A stretch of DNA of 64,000 bases from an uncultured Gemmatimonadales bacterium (lineage in GTDB: Bacteria; Gemmatimonadota; Gemmatimonadetes; Longimicrobiales; RSA9): assembly GCA_963816355.1 (NCBI GenBank), contig CAWFKH010000005.1, positions 256,001 to 320,000 on the forward strand, given 5' to 3'. The position numbers and the translations under genes were made by a program. Below, in pieces: positions 19,549-27,568 of this stretch (position 1 is its first letter; the number at the start of each line of letters is the position of its first letter). Under the pieces are notes generated by a model, which was not told the DNA's origin, searched no databases, and saw only the letters and a program-made list of their open reading frames with translations.

Positions 19549-21209
19549 CGGTGGCTCCCCTGGAGCGCTTCGAGATAGCTGCGATAGCCGCGCGCCAGGC
19601 GCACCGAATCGTGCGCCAGAGCGCGCCGCGTCCAGCGAATCGCACCCGCGACGTCCCCCTGCTTGTCGAGCGCATTCGCGTAGACGAACGCCGCGAGGCC
19701 GCGTTGCCACTCCTCGAGCCCGGGCGCGTCGTACGCGAGTCGCGCGGTGTCCGCCGCCGCGGCGACCACGCGCGACGCGACCGCGCCCCCTTCCGGCGGC
19801 GTGAGTCGGTCGAGCGCGCGGTACAGCACGTCCGCGGCGTTGCCCGCATTGATCGCCGTGGAAGCCCGCTCGCCGCGGCCGTCGTGGGGCGCGGGGGCCG
19901 GCGGCACGGGAGAAGGCGCGACGCTGTCGGCCCCGCCGTCTCCGCCGCCGTCCGGGCCGGCGCCGCCGCCATTGGAGGCGCTGTCCGCGGTGACCACCTG
20001 AAGCGGACCGTCCGGGCTCGACCGTCCGCCCCCGTCGTCCGATCCGCGGAGGAACAACGCCGCCCCCGCCGCGCTCACCGTCGCCAGCGCGACGGCGGCG
20101 AGGGCGAGCGTACGCACCGGCAGGCGGCGAGGCGCCTGCCGCGGCGCGACGCGCGTCGCCGGCACGTCGTCCGCGGTGGCGGCCGCGGCAGTGCCGGTGG
20201 CCCCGGCGGTCCCGGTGGCCGCGGCACCACGGACCGCGCCGGCGGTGCCGGCATCCGCGACGCGGCCGGTCCCGGCGGTGCCCGTGCGCTCCCCGCTCGC
20301 CGCCCGCTCGAGGCTTGCCGCGAAGTCGCCGGCGCTCGCCCAGCGGTCGTCGGCGCGGCGGGAGAGCGCGCGGTCGAGCGCGCTCTGGAGGGCGGGGGGG
20401 AAGGGGCCGGCGCCGGTCGCGTCGAGGCGCATGGGCCGGTCGGTCAGGCGTTTGATCATGCGGTCCTGCGACGTCTCCGCCTCGAACGGCAGCCGGGCGG
20501 TGAGCATGCGATAGACGACGACGGCGAGGGAGTAGATGTCGCTGCGGCCGTCGACCGGGTCGCCGGTGAGCTGCTCCGGGCTCATGTAGTCCGGCGTTCC
20601 GACGACGAAGCCGTGGCGGGTGACGTCCTGTCCCGGCTCGTCGCCCCCGATCGCCTTGGCGATCCCGAAGTCCACGACCTTGACGCGGTCGCGGCCGTCG
20701 GGCGCCGCCGCGATCATGATGTTGTCCGGCTTCAGGTCGCGGTGGACGATGCCGCGCTCGTGGGCGGCGGCGAGCGCCGCGGCCACGCTGGAAGCGATGG
20801 CGATGGTGCGCGGGAGCGGCAGCGGCCCGTCGCGCTCGAGGATGCGCCCGAGCGGCTCGCCGGGGACGTACTCCATGGCGAGGAAGACGGTGCCGTCGGC
20901 GGTCTCGCCGAAGTCGTAGATGGCGCAGACGTTCGGATGGCTGATGAAGGAGGCGTTGCGCGCCTCCCGGGTGAAGCGGGCGAGCGCCTCCGGATCGCGG
21001 GCGAAGGAGCGCGTCAGGACCTTGATCGCGTCCTCGCGGCCCATGCGCAGGTGCTCCCCGAGGTAGACGGCGCCCATCGCGCCCTGCCCGAGCTTGCGCA
21101 CCACGCGGTAGCGGCCGGCGAGCGTGCCGCCCACGAGCGGATCGGCGGCCGGCTCCGCTCCGCCTTCATGCGGCGTCCGCGCCGCGCCGGGCTTCCGCGC
21201 TTCGTCCAC
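19545..21209 (-). CDS. Membrane Ser/Thr protein kinase (Hanks-type; T6SS-associated, PpkA-like position)
   Basis: GQGAMG, AIK, HRDLKPDN, DFG, GTPDYMSPEQ; TM; small helical/TPR-like C-terminal domain. Confidence 0.93.
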   Translation of the reverse strand: MDEARKPGAARTPHEGGAEPAADPLVGGTLAGRYRVVRKLGQGAMGAVYLGEHLRMGREDAIKVLTRSFARDPEALARFTREARNASFISHPNVCAIYDFGETADGTVFLAMEYVPGEPLGRILERDGPLPLPRTIAIASSVAAALAAAHERGIVHRDLKPDNIMIAAAPDGRDRVKVVDFGIAKAIGGDEPGQDVTRHGFVVGTPDYMSPEQLTGDPVDGRSDIYSLAVVVYRMLTARLPFEAETSQDRMIKRLTDRPMRLDATGAGPFPPALQSALDRALSRRADDRWASAGDFAASLERAASGERTGTAGTGRVADAGTAGAVRGAAATGTAGATGTAAAATADDVPATRVAPRQAPRRLPVRTLALAAVALATVSAAGAALFLRGSDDGGGRSSPDGPLQVVTADSASNGGGAGPDGGGDGGADSVAPSPVPPAPAPHDGRGERASTAINAGNAADVLYRALDRLTPPEGGAVASRVVAAAADTARLAYDAPGLEEWQRGLAAFVYANALDKQGDVAGAIRWTRRALAHDSVRLARGYRSYLEALQGSHR

Positions 21210-21212
21210 GAG

Positions 21213-21779
21213 CTAACGGGAGCGGTCGGCGGGGCCGCAGTCGGTGGCGCGGTCCTGGCGCTCGATGAAGGTGACCGGCCCTGTGAAGCGGCGCACGCGC
21301 ACGACCTCGACCGGGTACGCGTCGGCGTTGAAGTTGCCGCAGCCCTGGATCGTGCGCACGACGACGGCGAGCGCATCGTGCTCGTTGCCCGCGGCGTCGC
21401 GCTCCTTGCGCACGCCGACGCTGTCGACGCGGATCTGATCCTCCGCCTTGCGGCGCCCGGCGGCGACGACGACCACCATGTCACGGTCGAAGTCGACCTG
21501 CGGCATGGGCGGCGGCGACGGCCGCTTCGACGTCGCCTGCTGCCAGATCTCGCGCCAGCGCGCCGCCTCGCGGACGACGATGCGCGCGGAGTCCGGGAAT
21601 CCGCCGGCGTCGTCGTAGTAGAGGCGCGCCTCGGGCGCGACGGGACCGAGCACCGCGGAGAGGGGCGGCGGGGCGGCGCCGCCGTGAGCGCACGCGGCGG
21701 CGGCCGCGGCGAAGGCGAGCGCGAGGAGAGCGCCGCGCGCCGCTGTGGCGGCGCTGGCGTCGGAGTGGCGACGTCGCAT
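21213..21779 (-). CDS. Hypothetical lipoprotein, PrcB C-terminal-like (alternative start GTG 21797 overlaps the tssM stop)
   Basis: Lipobox AAAC; motif PQVDFDRDMVVVVAAG...IRVDSV; Cys pair. Confidence 0.6.
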   Translation of the reverse strand: MRRRHSDASAATAARGALLALAFAAAAAACAHGGAAPPPLSAVLGPVAPEARLYYDDAGGFPDSARIVVREAARWREIWQQATSKRPSPPPMPQVDFDRDMVVVVAAGRRKAEDQIRVDSVGVRKERDAAGNEHDALAVVVRTIQGCGNFNADAYPVEVVRVRRFTGPVTFIERQDRATDCGPADRSR

Positions 21780-21793
21780 GGAGATCACGGAGT

Positions 21794-24700
21794 TCACCTC
21801 GCTATGGTCGAGACGCAGTCGAGCCCGGCCAGGTAGCCGGGGTCGAAGATCGGGATGCCGCTGGCGAGCGTGATCTCGCCGGTGAGGTCGAACTGCTGTC
21901 CGGGTACGGGCCAGCGCAGGGAGTAGCGACCGTTGCCGATGGCGTGCCATTCGGCGCGGCCGAGCAGGTGGAAGAGCGCCCACGGCCCGTCGTCCACCTG
22001 GACCAGCGGAACCTCGCCGCCGCCGACCGTGCCGGTGATCTTCGCGCTGCGGGCGCGCGTGCCATCCCAGGTGAAGCGCTGCGAGCGCAGGAAGGTGCGG
22101 GTGAAGCGCTGCGTCTGACCGTCGATCGAGACGACCACTTCCGGGAGCTGCGGCGAGGCCTCGAGACGGAGCAGGAAGTCGACGGCGGGGCCGCTGCCGT
22201 CGCTGCGGAAGAGACCCTCGGAGACGTGCGCGGCGCGGTTGAAGAAGCGCACGAACGCGCTCGTCGGCTGCGGCCGCGCGCCGGGCCGGGCGCGGTACTC
22301 CGACCCCTGCTTGGCGAGGAACGGCTGCAGCGCGTCCTGATAGAACGTCCACAGCACGCTTGTGCCCGGCTTCAGCACGGCGGCCACGTCGTCCATCGAG
22401 GCGTCGCGTCCGGCGCGCGGGCTGAACGGGTAGTGGCCGGAGATCGGCGAGAAGGCGCGGCAGAAGTCGGCGCCTGCCGCGTTGACGTCGCTCGAAGGCA
22501 GCCGGCTCAGCAGGCGGTCCGTCATCACGATCGGCGCGTCGAGGAACGACTGCACCGCGGCCCCCACGGCGCTCGCCTGGCCGTCGACCTTGAAGCCCTG
22601 CGTGACCTGGCGCAACGCGTTGCGCGCCTGGTCGGCGTCTGTCGCCGCCTGGTCGATGGCGCGGCCGCGATCGCCGCCCGCCTGCGCGACCTGGTCGAAG
22701 GAGGCCTGCAGCCGGCCGAGCGCGTCCATGTACGGCTTGTTCGCGTCGACGACGAAGCGGTCCGTCACGTCCGCGGGGATCACGACGTGCACCGGCTGGA
22801 ACGCGCCGATCACGGTCTCGCGGTCCAGCTCGCCGCCGAGCGTGCTGTCGATGGCGGTGTTGTGCGCGGCGAGCGAGATCAGCTCCAGCAGCGGCGACTG
22901 GTTGCCGCTCAGGCGCGTGAGTCGAGTGGCGCCGTCGGCCGCGCCGCCGAACGGCACGACGGCGGCGTGCTGGAGGTAGCGCGTCCAGCTCGCGATGTAG
23001 TCGGCGACGTAGCGCGCGCGAAGCTCGGCGGCCATCTGCGCCAGCTGCTGCGGACTCAGCAGCTCCTCTCCGGTGACCCAATCCTCCTGGGCGAAGAGGT
23101 GGGACACGTCGCCGATGTTGCGGCTGATGTACGCCCAGCCTTCCGGCGTGAACGCGGCGGGCACGCTGTAGTCGTCGCGCACGAAGCCGGTCGAGCCGGG
23201 GAAGCGCTGCGCGAACTCGACCGGCCGCGCTCCGCGCGAGGCGGCGAGGAGCATCTGCTGATAGAAGCGGTCGACGCCGGCGAAGCTGCGCAGGAAGTCG
23301 CGCGTGCGATTGACGACCGCCTCCTGCTCGGGGGCGGTGTACGGATTGCCGAACGGCAGCTCGCTCGCGAAGCGGTCGAACTGCCGCCGCGCGAGGTCGC
23401 GCCGTTCCCCCTCGACGGAGCCGGCGGCGGGCCAGTAGCGCAGCAGCACCGGAGTGAGGAAGGCGGCGGTGCTGTGGTCCGGATAGCGCGTCGTGACGAG
23501 GTGCGCCTTCAGCGCGTCGTACGTGGTCGAGTAGTCGCTGCTGTCCGTGGCGGTCGCGGGCAGCCCGCGCAGGAAGTCGAGCAGCCCGGCACGCGTCGAG
23601 GCCCAGAGCGCACGGTCGAACGAGGCGAAGTACGCCTGTCGCAGCGCCGGCAGCAGCGCGTCGCCGCGGTAGAGGCCCCACGCCAGGTGGAGCGGTCGGC
23701 CGTCCCGCTCGTAGGCGCGCAGGCGATCGAGCCGGACCCCCAACGAATCGAGCGCGCGCAGACCCTCGACGGTGAGCGCCGCCGGCGCCGCGCCCTGCGC
23801 GCCGAGGCCCTGGAGCGCCGCCGCGTCGTCGAGCGCGAGGCGCCGGTTGTAGTGCCACGACGTGACGAATCCGACCGACAGGACGAACGCGACGGCGGCG
23901 GCGCCGCCGAGCAGCGCGCGGCGCAGGAAGTTCACGCGCGTGCCACCGCCGGTGACGGCGCGCGCGGTGGGGTCGCCGAGGAGGACGTCGGAGAACCAGC
24001 GCCGCACGAAAACCCACTGCGGCACGCGGCGGGTGCCGCCGCTCGCGGGTGAGGGCGCGGCCAGCGGCACGCTGGGCGCCTGGAACACCATCGTCGCGCC
24101 GATGCCGCCCGCGTCCGCCGTCATCTGCGGCTGCGCCGGCGCCGCGGCCGCCGCGTCACGGACCACGACCGGCCGCACGCCGGCGAAATAGAAGCCGCGC
24201 AGGAACGGGCTCACGCCGAGCTGACTGGGGCGGCACAGCTCGACGAGGAACTTGCTCGCGGCGTCCTCCACCTTGCCGAACTCGCGCGGAAACTCGTAGA
24301 CGCCGCCGCGGATCTCCGGGTCCGCGTCACGCCGGAGCTGGCGCCGCCGCTTCAGCGCGAGGGAGCGGAAGAGGCCGCCGAACGCTTCCCGCACGCGGGC
24401 CGCTTCGCGCTCGCCGTAGGTGCCGGCGGCCGCGTCGTCGAGCGGAAGCGTCGCGCCCAGCACCTCGCCGACCTCCGCGTCCGTCATGCCGCGCGCGTAG
24501 TCGGCGAAGTAGGGGATGCTGTCGACCTTGGTGAAGAGGACGTACACCGGCAGGCGTATGCCCAGCCACTGCGCGACCTCCTGCAGGCGGTCGCGCAGCC
24601 GGCGCGCCGCCGCCACCGCGGCTTCCGCGCCGCCCGGGCCGGCCAGCTCGTCGCAGCCGAAGCAGACGACGGCGACGCGCGGCGCCTGCGGCCCGCGCGC

Positions 24701-25246
24701 CACCGCGGCGCCGAGTCGTTGCGGCGTGAGGTGCCGCACCAGCCGCGCCCAGCGGGCCGGATCGTCGAGCAGCACGCCGCCCGCCTCGACCAGCACCGCC
24801 TCGCGCGCGTACCACACGTTCACCGAGGGCGTCGGCGCGACGCCGTCGCCGCGGTACACTTCGCCCGAGAGCAGCTCCGGATCGAGCCCGGAGTTCGCGA
24901 TCAACGTCGTCTTCGTCGTGCCGGGCGGCCCCAGGAAGAGCGCGACCGGGAGGCGGCTGATCCGGGCGCCCTCCACCGGCCGCGCGGCGGAGAGCCGGCG
25001 CGTCGCCTCGGCGATGGCGTCGTCGATCTCCTGCGACGCCGTGTCCGGGATCTCCGCGCGCGCGAGCAGGCGGTAGCGGCGGTACAGCAGCGCGGCGGCG
25101 ATCAGGCCGAGGAGCCACAGGCCGCCCCAGAGGATCCAGCGCAGGCCGCCCGCGAGCCCGATCAGGCGGGCGATGACGAAGCTCGCCACCACGAAGATCA
25201 GCAACGTGGCCGTGGAGAACGACCACGCCTTCGTCCGCGCCTTCAT
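21794..25246 (-). CDS. tssM: T6SS membrane subunit TssM (IcmF)
   Basis: N-terminal TMs, IcmF motifs (RLPVYVLFTKVD, YEFPREF, FLRGFYFAG, YDALKAHL) and C-terminal GPWALFHL. Confidence 0.92.
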   Translation of the reverse strand: MKARTKAWSFSTATLLIFVVASFVIARLIGLAGGLRWILWGGLWLLGLIAAALLYRRYRLLARAEIPDTASQEIDDAIAEATRRLSAARPVEGARISRLPVALFLGPPGTTKTTLIANSGLDPELLSGEVYRGDGVAPTPSVNVWYAREAVLVEAGGVLLDDPARWARLVRHLTPQRLGAAVARGPQAPRVAVVCFGCDELAGPGGAEAAVAAARRLRDRLQEVAQWLGIRLPVYVLFTKVDSIPYFADYARGMTDAEVGEVLGATLPLDDAAAGTYGEREAARVREAFGGLFRSLALKRRRQLRRDADPEIRGGVYEFPREFGKVEDAASKFLVELCRPSQLGVSPFLRGFYFAGVRPVVVRDAAAAAPAQPQMTADAGGIGATMVFQAPSVPLAAPSPASGGTRRVPQWVFVRRWFSDVLLGDPTARAVTGGGTRVNFLRRALLGGAAAVAFVLSVGFVTSWHYNRRLALDDAAALQGLGAQGAAPAALTVEGLRALDSLGVRLDRLRAYERDGRPLHLAWGLYRGDALLPALRQAYFASFDRALWASTRAGLLDFLRGLPATATDSSDYSTTYDALKAHLVTTRYPDHSTAAFLTPVLLRYWPAAGSVEGERRDLARRQFDRFASELPFGNPYTAPEQEAVVNRTRDFLRSFAGVDRFYQQMLLAASRGARPVEFAQRFPGSTGFVRDDYSVPAAFTPEGWAYISRNIGDVSHLFAQEDWVTGEELLSPQQLAQMAAELRARYVADYIASWTRYLQHAAVVPFGGAADGATRLTRLSGNQSPLLELISLAAHNTAIDSTLGGELDRETVIGAFQPVHVVIPADVTDRFVVDANKPYMDALGRLQASFDQVAQAGGDRGRAIDQAATDADQARNALRQVTQGFKVDGQASAVGAAVQSFLDAPIVMTDRLLSRLPSSDVNAAGADFCRAFSPISGHYPFSPRAGRDASMDDVAAVLKPGTSVLWTFYQDALQPFLAKQGSEYRARPGARPQPTSAFVRFFNRAAHVSEGLFRSDGSGPAVDFLLRLEASPQLPEVVVSIDGQTQRFTRTFLRSQRFTWDGTRARSAKITGTVGGGEVPLVQVDDGPWALFHLLGRAEWHAIGNGRYSLRWPVPGQQFDLTGEITLASGIPIFDPGYLAGLDCVSTIAR

Positions 25247-25986
25247 CGCGTCACCTGCGCGGCTTCCTGCCGCACCGTGCCGACGGCGCCGCGCAGCGAA
25301 AGCGAGAAGCCGACGAAGAGCAGCAGCGCGACGAGGGCGAGGCCGCCGGCCAGCGCGGCGATGCGGCCGAGCCACGGGTCGTGCGCGACCGGCGCCCGCT
25401 CCCCGGGCGGCGGCATCCAGGCGGGCGAGAGCGGCTCGTCGGACCCGCGGATGCGGCGGATCTTCTCATCCGTCGCGGCGATCAGCGAGTCCACCTCGCC
25501 GCTGTGGCCGGCGGCGTAGCGGCCGCGGAAGCCGAGGAGCAGGCAGAGCTCGAAGACTTCGAGCAGGTCGGCCAGGTCGGAGGAATCCTGGCGCCCGAGC
25601 AGCTCGCGCAGGTAGAGGAAGAACGTCTCCCCCGCCATGTGGTCGCCGAACACTTCCTCCTGCAGCGGCTGGCGCGGCCAGTCCGCGAACATCGGCTGGC
25701 GCGAGTTGAGCACGCTCTCGTCGAGGAACGCGACGTAGGCGTAGACGGCGAGCTTGACGTCGGCGCCGTCGTAGCCCGCCTGGCGCGCCGCGGCGTCGGC
25801 GGCGGCGAGCAGGCGTTTGGCGTGCGCGCGGAAGGCTGCCGAGTCGGTGGCCACCTGCCGGTTGGCGCGCAGGCGGACGGCGGCGGTGAACGCCTCCTGC
25901 AGGGCGAGGGCGAGGGCGCCGCGCCGCGGGTCGCGGGCGGCGGCTTCCTGCTGCGGCGCGGCGAAGGCCGCGGTCGCCGTGGTCAT
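25243..25986 (-). CDS. tssL: T6SS DotU/TssL (no OmpA domain)
   Basis: AFLDESVL, W..QPLQ..FGDHMAGETFF, LCLLLGFRGRY; C-terminal TM. Confidence 0.95.
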   Translation of the reverse strand: MTTATAAFAAPQQEAAARDPRRGALALALQEAFTAAVRLRANRQVATDSAAFRAHAKRLLAAADAAARQAGYDGADVKLAVYAYVAFLDESVLNSRQPMFADWPRQPLQEEVFGDHMAGETFFLYLRELLGRQDSSDLADLLEVFELCLLLGFRGRYAAGHSGEVDSLIAATDEKIRRIRGSDEPLSPAWMPPPGERAPVAHDPWLGRIAALAGGLALVALLLFVGFSLSLRGAVGTVRQEAAQVTR

Positions 25987-27341
25987 GCACCCTCCTGGAT
26001 CAGAACGAGCAGCTCGAGCTCTGCGTCCGGGAGCGCTCCGGGCACGTACGCGCCCACCTCGATCGGGTCCGCGTTCTCGAGGAGCGTCCAGCAGCCGCCG
26101 CTCCTGCGCACGGCGAAGTACTGGAAGCCGGCGCGCGGCAGAATGGCGCTCGGCGGCGTCGGCTCGTGCTCCAGCTCGAGACCCGGGAAGGCGCGCTCGA
26201 CGAGCTTCGAAATGTGGGCGGCGGAGCACAGCTTGACCAGCTTCGGGACGCCGTCGAGCACGTCCGCCTGACGCGCGCTGGAGCGGAATCCCAGATACCA
26301 CCGCGACGGCGGCAGCAGCGCGCGCCGGTCGGCGACGACGCCCCGGTAGTAGAGCGGCTCGGCCGGGTCGAGCGTCACCCGCAGCGCGCCCTCCGGCAAC
26401 GCCACGTCGAGGTGGGCGCGGATCTGCGCGTCGAGCGCGCCGAAGCAGCCGCCCAGGTCGTCGTGGTCGTAGACGGGCAGCGCCCCCGCGTCCGCCTGCA
26501 GGGAGAAGGTGCAGAGCGCGCCCGCGAGGCGCGACATGTCCCGGAAGAGCCGCTCCGGATGGAGGTTGCGGGTCTCGTAGTCGCAGCGCAGCGCCGCCAG
26601 GCCCGTGTGCACCGCGTGCGCCATCCAGTAGCCCGCAATCTCGCGCGCGCCGTACTCCTCCGTGCCCACCGACGCGCGGCGCTGCGCGGCCAGGTAGTCC
26701 GCCTTCGCCGACAGGATGTCGATGAGGCGCCGCAGCATCTCGAGGAGCCGCCGGCTCGCGCTCACCTGCACCACGGGTGGGACGTACTCCGGATCGTAGA
26801 CGAAATGGCCGGCGTGGTCGCGCCGGATCGTCGCCAGCGGCAGCGCGATGCGGCCCTCCCCGGGCGGGTCCAGCTCGAGGCGGAAGTTCTTGCGCGCGAG
26901 CGCGACCGGCTTCTCGTCGGCGCCCAGCGTGTCGTCGCGCAGCGTCTGGGTCACCGCCGTGTAGCGCAGGCCGTCGGCGGAGCGTGGCTCCAGGGCGCAG
27001 TTCGGCTCGCCCGGCCGGTAGGGCGCGATCGTCAGCAGCAACCGCCGGCTCTCGTCCGTGGGCGCGAAGGCCTCGTCCACGCGCAGCGGCGCGGGCGCCG
27101 CGTCGTCGGGAAACTGGAACGCGATGCCGTCCGGCATGACGCCGCGCGCGTGGATCAGCGACGCGGTGCCGTTCAGCAGCGCGTCCGCGTCCAGCTCGCA
27201 GGCGACCACGCCGTAGGGCCGGAAGAAGAGCTGGTCGAGCGCAAACGCGGCCGACTCCTCGACCCAGCGACTCTGCAACTGGAAGTGGTGCTGGGCGAGG
27301 TGCATGCCCTCACGCCAGACGACCCGGGACAGAGACCTCAT
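25983..27341 (-). CDS. tssK: T6SS baseplate subunit TssK (copy 1)
   Basis: VVWREGMHLAQHHFQ, GVMPDG, YVPP, HPERLF, YDHDDL and FPGLEL...YF. Confidence 0.93.
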   Translation of the reverse strand: MRSLSRVVWREGMHLAQHHFQLQSRWVEESAAFALDQLFFRPYGVVACELDADALLNGTASLIHARGVMPDGIAFQFPDDAAPAPLRVDEAFAPTDESRRLLLTIAPYRPGEPNCALEPRSADGLRYTAVTQTLRDDTLGADEKPVALARKNFRLELDPPGEGRIALPLATIRRDHAGHFVYDPEYVPPVVQVSASRRLLEMLRRLIDILSAKADYLAAQRRASVGTEEYGAREIAGYWMAHAVHTGLAALRCDYETRNLHPERLFRDMSRLAGALCTFSLQADAGALPVYDHDDLGGCFGALDAQIRAHLDVALPEGALRVTLDPAEPLYYRGVVADRRALLPPSRWYLGFRSSARQADVLDGVPKLVKLCSAAHISKLVERAFPGLELEHEPTPPSAILPRAGFQYFAVRRSGGCWTLLENADPIEVGAYVPGALPDAELELLVLIQEGA

Positions 27342-27424
27342 CGCGCCTCTCGGCCTGACCGCTTCGATTGGGGGGAGCCGACCCACGTCGGCTCCGGGTC
27401 CGGCGGACCGCACGGGGAGAACCT

Positions 27425-27453
27425 TTGCCGGTGGGACGGTCGACGGGTAGAAT
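27425..27453 (+). promoter_or_regulatory. Putative sigma70 promoter TTGCCG-N17-TAGAAT
   Basis: Near-consensus hexamers with 17-bp spacing, upstream of ATG 27569. Confidence 0.65.
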
Positions 27454-27568
27454 AACACGGGCGCGACGGACACAACAACCGGCGCCTCCGCCGCGCCGTT
27501 CGCTCCCAGCGCGCCGCCCGCGGAACCACGCGGCCACGCGCTCCTCGCTCACGACCACCCGGACCCCG

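Noticed and set aside
21780..24017. 934-aa ORF suggesting a large lipoprotein
   Set aside because: The upstream part is an Arg-rich off-frame read of tssM; only the last ~190 codons look genuine.
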